A DNA stretch of 64,000 nt from Oscillospiraceae bacterium. GTDB lineage: Bacteria; Bacillota; Clostridia; Oscillospirales; Acutalibacteraceae. Location: the NCBI GenBank assembly GCA_902786285.1, contig CADABX010000002.1:20855-84854 (forward strand), written 5' to 3'. Both the position numbers and the translations under genes were made by a program. A model generated the notes under the pieces. The model saw only the letters and a program-made list of their open reading frames with translations, did no database searches and had not been told where the DNA came from. The first letter of the stretch is position 1; the number at the start of each line of letters is the position of its first letter. Of this stretch, positions 10,166 through 20,300 are shown piece by piece.

Positions 10166-10594
10166 ATGGCAATTCAGCAATTATCCGTATTTGTGGAAAA
10201 CCAGAAAGGCAAGCTGCTCGGCACGGTGAAAGCCCTTGCGGACGCGGGCATCAACATCCGCGCAATGAGCATTGCCGACACCAAGGATTTCGGCATTCTG
10301 CGCCTGATCACCTCCGACAACCAAAAGGCGATGGAAGTGCTGGCGGACGAATCGATCGTGAACACGACGATGGTGATCGCGGCGAAGATGGAAGACCGGG
10401 CGGGCGCGCTGTATCAGGTGCTGCAGATTCTGTCCGACGCGCAGATCAACATCGAATACCTCTACGCCTTCACAGCGTCGGAGGACTTCGGCGCCTACGT
10501 GGTGTTCCGCGTGAGCGACGCCGCCGCCGCGCAGGAGATCCTCAACGCCCACGGCGTGGCCACACTCGACGACGCCGACATCATCGAAATCTGA
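10166..10594 (+). CDS. ACT domain-containing protein
   Basis: 142 aa with two ACT-like halves (QLSVFVENQKGKLLGTVKALADAGINIRAMS and IAAKMEDRAGALYQVLQILSDAQINIEY). Confidence 0.75.
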   Translation: MAIQQLSVFVENQKGKLLGTVKALADAGINIRAMSIADTKDFGILRLITSDNQKAMEVLADESIVNTTMVIAAKMEDRAGALYQVLQILSDAQINIEYLYAFTASEDFGAYVVFRVSDAAAAQEILNAHGVATLDDADIIEI

Positions 10595-10608
10595 CCGAAA
10601 CAAAAAGA

Positions 10609-10635
10609 ACGGCCGCCTTGTGCGGTCGTTTTTTT
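10609..10635 (+). terminator. rho-independent terminator of the iorA-iorB-paaK-ACT operon
   Basis: ACGGCCGC-cttgt-GCGGTCGT (one G-T wobble) followed by TTTTTT. Confidence 0.7.
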
Positions 10636-10691
10636 GTACGCGCCAAACGTGCCCGGCTGGGGAGAGAAACCGCCGCCGGGGGAACCACCCG

Positions 10692-10892
10692 GTAGCGCCG
10701 CACTCCGTGCGGCTATGTTGCCCCGCCATCCGCGCCCAGTCGATCGGTGATCGACGCTACGGGCGCTTGGTTTTTATATTGTAGCGCCGCTCATCGAGCG
10801 GCTATGTTGCCCCGCCATCCGCGCCCAGTCGATCTTGCCATCCGCGCCCAGTCGATCGGTGATCGACGCTACGGGCGCCTGGTTTTTATATT
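10692..10892. repeat. two tandem copies of a multi-hairpin intergenic repeat unit
   Basis: Copy 1 is 10692-10780 (89 nt). Copy 2 is 10781-10892 (112 nt) and carries an internal duplication of GCCATCCGCGCCCAGTCGATC. The unit is GTAGCGCCG-[hairpin]-CGGCTATGTTGCCCCGCCATCCGCGCCCAGTCGATCGGTGATCGACGCTACGGGCGCYTGGTTTTTATATT. The first hairpin differs between copies but keeps its pairing (GCCGCAC-tcc-GTGCGGC versus GCCGCTC-atc-GAGCGGC). Confidence 0.85.
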
Positions 10893-10990
10893 ATAGCGCC
10901 GCCCAAATCAAATGCTGCCGTAGGCAGCCACCATAGTCTTGGCTTCCCCGCTTGCGGGGGAGCTGGCATCGCCAACGGCGATGACTGAGG
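10893..10990. repeat. degenerate continuation of the hairpin-repeat mosaic
   Basis: It starts with ATAGCGCCGC, then has the hairpins GCTGCC-gta-GGCAGC and CCCCGC-tt-GCGGGG. The 23-mer at 10911-10933 is the reverse complement (22/23) of 27968-27990. Confidence 0.7.
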
Positions 10991-11115
10991 AGGGGGCGGC
11001 TCATTTTCGCGTACCCGGGTCGACGACTCGCCGACGCTGCAACACCTATTGTGATTTTCCACAAAAATCACTCCGAAATTTCTATCCGCAGAAACAATTT
11101 ATTCAACTTTCCTCA

Positions 11116-11144
11116 TTGACAACACAACCTTGTACAATTAAAAT
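11116..11144 (+). promoter_or_regulatory. candidate sigmaA promoter of the giant gene
   Basis: TTGACA (11116-11121), a 17-nt spacer, TAAAAT (11139-11144), with an AT-rich tract upstream. A second extended -10 (TGTATAAT, about 11305-11312) lies close to the RBS. Confidence 0.5.
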
Positions 11145-11340
11145 AATACTGTATAAGTGGCGGTGTATGCGTTTGCAAACGCGCCCCGCGCAGCAGAAAG
11201 AGGCAACCGTTTTTCCGCCGGGGAAAACGCCCGTGGTCAGAGGGCGTCCGGCAGGGGCGAAGGCCGCTTTTTGCGGCAGGGCAAAGCAGCGCAAACCCGC
11301 ATAACTGTATAATATTATTCTCCAGAAGGAGGACAATTAC

Positions 11341-14300
11341 ATGACAAAAAAAGCAAGAAAAACCGGAAAGCGCTGTCTTGCGCTGTTTATGACCGTGCTC
11401 ATGCTGATGAGCGCGTGGGTGTTCGTTGCGCCGACGGCGAGTGCGGCGGCTGGGAATTATACGCTCGTCTTGAACTATACGATTGATAATGCACCCGGCG
11501 GCAGTTCATATTTAAAGGTTAATATTACGTATAAAACGAATAATGGTACCGGATCTGAGACGTCAACTGGTGACATAAGCATTGCAACGAATAGTTCTCC
11601 TCAAACCGTTACAGTTGCTGGCTGGCCTACAAAAGTTTCGTGGAAAGCAAAAGGTCAGGCATGGGACATTTATAAGGGCCATTTTACCAGTGCTACTATT
11701 AATGGTGCACCAGCTTGGAGCGGCAATTCCGGTTGGGATTCCGGCGGTGGTTTTACTGCATTTGAAAAGAGCGGTAGTTTTGACTTGAGCGCTACTGCAC
11801 CCTATATGGCATCCTTGACTATCTCCGGCACGGGCAGTCATACAATTCCCAAGACCGGCGCGTCGAATCTTACCAGTAACTATACAGTTTCTGCTGCCTA
11901 CGATCAGTACGGCGTACAGTGGTATACGGAGCCGACCAGCACATTCTGGATCAATGCTTCTCAGCCTGCAAACGCGAGTGAAGCAGCCCATGATACCGCA
12001 ACCGGCTGCTCCATCAGCGGTTCAGGTACTTTGACCGTGACGTCATCTGCTCAGATCGCCGGAACGACAAACTCCAAAACAGTTTACGTCTCTTGCGTGA
12101 ACGGCAGTGCTTGGGGTACGAAAGCTGTGACCCTGAACGACCCGAAATATACCGTAAAGTTCTATGACGGCAACAATGCGCAGTTCGGCAGCACGCAAAG
12201 TATCTATTACGGATGCGATGCCACAAAGCCGTCCGGCACCCCGGTGAAGGACCCGGACGCCGATAATCACTATACGTTCTCAAGTTGGGGAACCTATACC
12301 AATATTACCACAGATACCAATGTGAATGCGAGCTTTAATTCTGCATCACATACAGGCACATGGGGAAACAACACGGCAACTTGTACGGCTGGAGGTACGG
12401 AAACACGTACCTGCCCCACCTGCGGCTATGTCAACACCAGAACATCGTCGGCCCTCGGTCATAACTGGGTCACAACGGTCAGCGCGGACCATCTGAAATC
12501 CGCTGCAACCTGCACCTCACCCGCAGTCTATTATAAGTGGTGTTCCCGCTGCGGCGCAAACCACCCGACTGATACCTTTACCAACGGCTCTGCCCTTGGC
12601 CATGATTTCACCGGCGCTTATCAGAATGTCTCCGACGGCAGACATAACAGAAAGTGCAGCCGCTGTAACGAATACGGTATTGGCTCAGGCACAAGCGCTA
12701 CGGTGAACGGCACCGAAGCCTGCTCCGGCGGCACGGCGAACTGCGTTGACAAAGCGGTCTGCCAGCATTGTAACACTGTCTATGGCGTCGTTGACCCCGC
12801 AAACCACAAGAGCACCGAAAACCGCGCCGCAGTTGCAAATAGCTGCGAAACCGACGGCTACACGGCGGGCGTGTACTGCACGGCCTGTAATCAGTGGGTC
12901 AGCGGCCATGAGCCTGTTGCCGCCAAGGGCCACGACTACACCGGCGCAATCCACAGCCTCGGCAACGGCACCCACAACTGGGCCTGTAAGAACAACTGCG
13001 GCACCTACGGTAAAGTGGAGAACGGCACGCAGGTTAAGGACGGAACGGTCTCCTGCGACGCGACCTATGGCGCGTGGAGCGACGACACCGCCACCTGTCT
13101 GGAAGGCGGCTCCCACAGCCGTACCTGCTCCGAATGCGGTTATACGCAGACGGAAGCGACCAGCCAGCTCGGCCACAACTGGGTGACAACGGTCAGCGCA
13201 GATCATCTGATTTCCGCTGCAAACTGCGAAACCCCGGCAACCTATCATAAATGGTGCTCCCGCTGCGGCGCGAACCACCCGAGCGAAACCTTCACCAACG
13301 GCGCCGCCCTCGGCCATAACTACACCGGCGCCGCGCACAACCTCGGCAACGGTACCCACAACTGGGCCTGTAAGAACGGTTGCGGCACTTACGGTAAAGT
13401 GGAGGGCGAGACCCAGGTCAAGAACGGCGTGGTCTCCTGCGACGCGACCTACGGCGCCTGGAGCGACGACACCGCCACCTGCACCGCCGCCGGTTCCCAG
13501 AGCAGAACCTGCTCCGTCTGCGGCTATGTGCAGACCCGGACGACGGATCCGCTCAATCACCATTGGGTAGAAACGGCAAACGAGAATCACAAGGTTTCCG
13601 ACGCGACCTGCGAAGTTGCAAAGACCTATCATAAATGGTGCGACCGCTGCGGTGATGATCACCCGACCGACACCTTCACGGTTGGCAACCCGCTCGGCCA
13701 CGATTATACCGGCGCCCCGCGCGACAACGGCGACGGCACCCACAGCTGGCTTTGCAAAAAAGGCTGCGGCACCTACGGTAAAGTGGAAGGCGATACTCAG
13801 GTAAAGAACGGCAAGACCGGCCATACCTACGGCGACTTCTACGACGTACACGATGCAACCTGTACGGAAGAAGGCTCCCAGACCCATAAGTGTACGGTTT
13901 GTAACAAGGTCGAAACCCTGCCGATTCCGACCAACGACAACCATGACTGGGATGACGGCGAAATCACCACGCCGGCCAATTGCCACGATCTGGGCGTCAA
14001 GACGTTTACCTGCTCCCGCTGCGGTGCAACCAAAACAGAAGACGTTGCAATCAATCCGAATAATCATAAGCATCTGGTCAGAACCGCTCCGGTCGATAAC
14101 GGCTGCGAAAACGACGGCAACATTGAATACTGGTTCTGCGACGGCTGCAACAAGTATTACAGCGATGCGGCTGCAACCCAGCAGATCACGCAGGCGGACA
14201 CCGTGCTTGCGGCGACCGGCCACGACTTCAGCGCCGATGCGTCCCGCATCCACAGTATGAACGACGGCACCCACAACTGGGTTTGCGCCAACGGCTGCGG

Positions 14301-17300
14301 CGCCTGCGGCAAGGTTGAAAACAACACCCAGGTCAAAGACGGCACAGTTTCCTGCGACGCGACCTACGGCAACTGGACGACCGACACGGCAACCTGCACC
14401 GCCGGCGGTTCCCACAGCCGCACCTGCTCTGCCTGCGGCTATGTGCAGACAGAGGAAACACCGGAGCTCGGCCACCGCTGGGTCACGACAGTCAGCGCTG
14501 CCCACAAGATCTCCGACGCAGACTGCGAACACGCAGCGAAGTATCATAAGTGGTGCTCCCGCTGCGGCATTGACCACGAGACCGACACCTTCACCGACGG
14601 CGACCCGCTCGGCCATGACTTCACCGACACGCCGCACGACCTCGGCAACGGCACCCATAACTGGAAGTGCTCTCGCTGCAACGAATACGGTATTGTGGAA
14701 AACGGCGAACAGGTCAAGAACGGTTCCGTTTCCTGCGCTGATACCTATGGCGATTGGGAAACCGTGGTGCAGAACGACTGCGTTAACGGCGGTTCCGAAA
14801 AGCGCACCTGCGCTGTCTGCGGTCACGTTGAAACCAAAGACACCAACCCGCTCGGTCACTTGTTCACGAAGCAGACCGTCAGCGACGCCACGCTTTATCA
14901 GGTTGCGACCTGCAACAGCAAGGCAAGATACTGGTACAGCTGCGCACGCTGCAACGAGATCGAACGCGACGACAATCATACCTTCGAAAGCGGCGAGTTT
15001 GACCCGAATAACCATAACTACGTCTTTGAGCGTACGGTGGATCCGTGGTGCGAAACCCAGGGCTACGACATTTACCGCTGTTCCCGCTGCGGCGACACGC
15101 AGAACCGGAACTTTGTTGACCCGCTCAACCACACCTGGGGCGCATGGGAATCCATCAGCAGCACCCAGCATAAGCGCGTCTGCGAACGCGACGCAAACCA
15201 CAGCGAGACCGAAAACCATGATATGCAGCTGATCGAAACGATCGCCCCGACCTGCGAAGCCATCGGCTATGAGGTCTGGACCTGCTCGGTCTGCGGCTAC
15301 AGCGAACACCGCGAAGAACAGGCGGCGCTCGGTCACGATTTCACAGGTGACGTCAGAGATAACGACAACGGTACCCACAGCTTCAAGTGTACACATGAAG
15401 GCTGCGGCAAATACGGTGTCGGTACGGGCGCTGGCGCCGAAGTCAATGGCAGTGAGAACTGTCAATATGGCGCATGGTCCGAAGACACGGCGACCTGCCT
15501 TGTCGGCGGCAGCCATACCAAGGTCTGCGACGTCTGCGGTCACTCGGTGACTGAAGCGACTCCACCGCTCGGCCATAAGTTTGACGCGGAAATCGTTTCG
15601 GCCGACACATTGGCAGTTCGCGCGACCTGTACAGAACAGGCAGAATACTATTATACCTGCTCTCGTGAAGGTTGCGGCGAGATTCAGCGCGACACAACGA
15701 AGACCTTCAAAGCCGGCGATCCGCTCGGCCATGATTGGGAAACTGAACCCCCGGTCTATCTTTGGGAGAATAACAATACCCGGATGACGGCAACGCTGTA
15801 TTGCGGAAATGATAAGAACCATTCGATTTCTGAGACCGTGACCGCTGCCAAGGTCGTGACGAAGGAACCGACCTGCACCGAAAAGGGCGTTGCAACCTAC
15901 ACGGCCACCTTCGCAAACGATCCGACGCAGAATGAATACAATTATACAACGTCGTTCACCACACAGACCACGACGTCCGATGTGGATAAGCTTCCGCATA
16001 CGCTGACGGATGATACGCACCATGCTGCTGTTGACCCGACCTGCACAGAACCCGGTAACATCGAATACTGGATCTGCGAAGTCTGCGGCGGCTACTTCGA
16101 AGACGTGGGCGGCTATTATCCGACGACTGCCGAAGGCGTTGTCCTTCCCATCGATCCCGACGCTCACAATTGGGGCGATTGGACCGATAACGGTGCAGAC
16201 AACCACAAGCGCGTCTGCTCGCGCGACGAAGAGAACCATGTCGAGACAGAAGCTCACTCCTGGAAGGACATCTATTCCGAAGATCTGATCGTCGGCGACA
16301 AGAACGTGGATCCCTGCACCGGCCGCATCGAATGCTACCAGACCTGCGAAGTCTGCGGCAGAACCAACGATGCAGATCATACCTTCGTCGTTTCCGAGGG
16401 CGAAGGCCACAAGATGCCACTGACTCACCACGAAGCGACCGTTGCCACCTGCGTCACCGCCGGCAACAGTGAATACTACGAATGCTCCGTCTGTGGCAAA
16501 TACTTCTCTGATGCAGAAGGCACCCAGCCGATCGCCGATAAGTCCAGCGTGATCGTTCAGCCGAGCGGCCACAACTGGGGCACCACTCCGGCCTGGTACT
16601 GGGTCAAGAACGGCGACTCCTATGATGTGACTGCAGTCTTCACCTGCACACGTGACATGAGCCACAAGCAAAACATCACTGCAACCGTGACACCGGATGC
16701 GGCCAACCATCCAGCAACCTGCGAAGAGGATGGCGCATCGACATGGAATGCAGTTGCAACGTTTAACGGTGTAGACTACACCGATTCCAAGAGCGAAACG
16801 ACACCGGCCATCGGCCACAAGTATATCCACGTGAAGGAAGGCTCCTGGGTCTGGACGGAATCTGACGGCGCCTACACTGTCAAGGTGACATTGGTTTGTG
16901 ACAACGACTCGACTCACGAAATTGAGCGCGACGCTTTGGTGTCCTATACAACCGACGCGCCGAATTGCACGACGCCCGGTACAAGACATTATACTGCTGC
17001 TGTAGCACTGGACAACGGCACCATGGAAACCGATACAAAGGACAGTGTTGTTCCGGTTGTCGGCCACAGCATGGTTGCAACGGCCAAGAAAGACGCGACC
17101 TGCGACGAAGCCGGTTATGAAGCTTACTGGACCTGCTCCGTCTGCGGCAAGCTGTTCAGTGATGCAAACGGTGAACACGAGATTACCGCACCGGTAGTTA
17201 TCAACGCCAAGGGTCACACCTGGGGCACTCCGGAATACAGTTGGGAGAAGCGCGGCAATGATTACTACGTCACCGCAACCGTGACCTGCACCACCGATAC

Positions 17301-20300
17301 AAGACACGTTGTGACCGAAACCGTGAAGGCGGTTGGCGAACAGACAAAGGATCCGACCTGCACCGAAAAAGGCGAAACCACCTATACCGCCACCTTTGCC
17401 AAAGAACAGTTCTCCACACAGACCAAGGACGTTCAGGATATCCCGACCGTCGCGCACACCCTGACGAAGACAGAGGCGGTGGAAGCGACCTGCACCGTAG
17501 AGGGCTTCGACGCCTACTGGACCTGCTCCGAGTGCGGCAAGATCTTCTCCGATGAAAACGGCGACCATGAGATCAGCGAAGTCACGAAAGCGCTGGATCC
17601 GGATAACCATAAGACGCTTGTTCACACCGCAAAGGTTGACGCGACCTGTCTGGTCAACGGCAACATCGAATACTGGACCTGCAACGACTGCCATCAGAAG
17701 CTCGTCTATAACGACGCGGGCAAGCTTGTGGAAGTGACCGACGTTGTGATTCCGGCCGGCCCGGCCCATCACCGCTTCACGACCCACGTTTCTGAAAAGG
17801 CAGCAACCTGCACACAGCAGGGCAACGTTGAATACTGGACCTGCTCGGTCTGCGGCAAGCACTTTAACGGCAACACCGAGAGCGCAACCGAACTGACCAA
17901 CGTCAGCACCGCTCCGCTCGGCCATGACGTCACAAAAACCGCTGCGAAGGCAGCAACCTGCACCGAAGACGGCAACCTGGAATATTGGTACTGCGCACGC
18001 TGCCATCAGTACTTCCTGGCAGACAGCATCACAGCAGAACCGGTTGCGTTCAGCGCAACGGTCGACCCAAAGAAGGGCCACACCGCTGTGAGCGTGGATG
18101 CGGTTGCGGTACAGTGCGAAGCCGACGGCAACAAGGCATACAGCTACTGCTCCGTCTGCGACACGATCCTGACGCTCGACGGCGTTGACGTTTCGCTCAA
18201 CGGCTGGACGAGGAGAGGCAATTCCGACGTTTATACTATCACCCAGACCGGTCACGCCTACGGCAATCCGACCTGGACCTGGAACGATGACCACACCAGC
18301 GCAACGGCGACCCGCATCTGCGCGAACGACCCGACGCACACCGTTTCGATGACGGACAACGAAATCGAATCCGTGATCATTGATAAGACTCATACCACCG
18401 ACGGCAAGGCGACCTACACGGCAGAGGTGACCTTCGCTTATGACAACAAGACCTTCACCGACGTTGTGGAGATCGTTGACACGGCAAGCGGTCACCACAC
18501 CACCAAGGTCGATGCGAAGGACGCGACCTGCGAAGCAACCGGTAACCTCGAATACTGGATCTGCAACGACGAAGGCTGCGGCAAGCTGTTCAAGGATGAA
18601 AACGCTCTGGTTGAGACCACCCTTGAGGCGGTCACGCTTGAAGCGCTTGGTCACAACTATGTCAACCCGACCTGGACCTGGACGCAGAACGGCAACTTCT
18701 ACACCGGCGCAACGCTGACCTTCACCTGCGCGAACGATGCAACGCACAAGCAGACGCCGGAAGTGACCTTCACCGCCGATCAGACGAACCCCGACTGCAC
18801 GAACGCAGGCAAGATCGTCTACACCGCAACTGCAACCTTCGAAGGCAAGACCTATACCGACACGAAGGAAGTCACACTCGAAAAGGCCGGTCATACGCTG
18901 AGCGCGACGGCTGCCAAGGATGCAACCTGTCTTGCTGACGGCAACATCGCCTATTGGACCTGCTCGGTCTGCAATAAGATCTTCAGCGACAAAAACGCGC
19001 GCTATGAGATCACAGCGGCTGACACCGTGATTCCGGCACTGGGCCACACCTACAACTACGCGAACGCAGCCTATAACTGGAACGCGGATCACAGCAGCTG
19101 CACCGCGACCGCAACCTGCATTCGCTGCGACGCAACGGATACCGAAACCAAAGCCTCGACCAACAACGTCAAGATCCCGGCCACCTGCGAAGCGCAGGGC
19201 ATCGGCATCTACACGGTTGACTTTGACAACGCAAACTTCGCGACCCAGACCTATGACGAGCTGATTCCGGCAACCGGTCACGGCACTGCTGTTATGCATG
19301 AAGGCAAAGCGGCCACCTGCGAAGCAGCAGGCTTCGAAGCCTACTGGACCTGCTCGGTCTGCGGCAAGCTGTTCAAGGCTGAAACGCTGACGGCAGAAAA
19401 CGAAATCGCGAACCCGATCGTGATTCCGGCGACGGGCCACGACTGGGATTACACCAAAGAAAACATCACCTACACCTGGAGCAATACCGAACCCTACACC
19501 TGCACGGCAACTGTGACCTGCAAGAACGACGGCACCCACACGAAGGACGTCACCGGCTCCGTCACGATCACCGATTCGACCGAAGCGAACTGCACGACAG
19601 ACGGTTCCCGCACTTACACGGCGACCTTCCCGGCAGACACCAGCATTCCGAACGACACCAAGACCGCCACAACGCCGGCGCTCGGTCATGACTTCTCCGA
19701 AAGCGTTGACCGCGCTCATGTGGTTGACGGTACGCACCACAATTACAAGTGCGTCCGCTGCGACGCCTACGGTATCATGGACGGCGAAGAAGCGAAGGCA
19801 AACGAATCTGTTGCCTGTACCTTCCACGGCGACTGGCTTGTCAGCGAAAACGAAACCTGCACCGAGGCGGGCAGCGAATGGCGCAAGTGCGACTTCTGCT
19901 CGAACAAGGAAACCAGAGAAAGAGAAGCGCTGAGCCACAAGGTCTTCTCCGTTGACGCAAAGGATGCGACCTGTGTCGCTATCGGCAACAAGGCCTACAC
20001 CTACTGCGAACGCTGCGGTCTGCTGCTGACGGTGGACGGCACAAGCGTGGAAGACCAAAACGTCAAGTTTAACACCCCCGAAGCCATCACATTGTATAAG
20101 ACCGAAGATCCGCTGGCACACAACCTGACGGCGACAGTGGCGAAGGCGGCAACCTGCGAGGAAGACGGCAACATCGCCTACTGGACCTGCTCACTTTGCG
20201 GCAAGATCTTCAACATTGAGAACCCGACGGCTGAAACGACTGCCATCACACTCACGGATACTGTGATTCCGGCAACGAAGCATGACTTCACCGGCGCTGT

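Noticed and set aside
10692-10892. Possible CRISPR array, because of the tandem direct repeats in an intergenic region.
   Set aside because: There are only two to three abutting units with no unique spacers between them. The units are 89-112 nt, far longer than CRISPR repeats. No cas genes lie in the window.
10939-11304. A 121-aa ORF, and an overlapping 77-aa minus-strand ORF, in the large intergenic region upstream of the giant gene.
   Set aside because: It spans the repeat element, the promoter and the leader, has no RBS, and gives a low-complexity Arg/Pro/Ala-rich translation.
11270-11305. A c-di-GMP-I (GEMM-I)-like sequence, CAGGGCAAAGCAGCGCAAACCCGC, in the giant-gene leader.
   Set aside because: The two GCAAA-type motifs are adjacent and in the wrong order. 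They lack the intervening GNRA hairpin and the tetraloop-receptor helix of GEMM-I. A CAACCG...CCG similarity to c-di-GMP-II likewise lacks the required helices. Only an Infernal scan could revive this idea.
12685-20121. A 2478-aa ORF antisense to the giant gene, plus a second one of 1089 aa at 20191-23460.
   Set aside because: These are shadow ORFs. The sense strand is GC3-rich and avoids TTA/CTA/TCA codons, so the complementary frame lacks stops. The predicted proteins are low-complexity (Arg/Gly/Ala/Val/Cys-rich), have no RBS or start context, and overlap a sense ORF that has clear domain structure, a signal peptide, an RBS, a promoter and a terminator.
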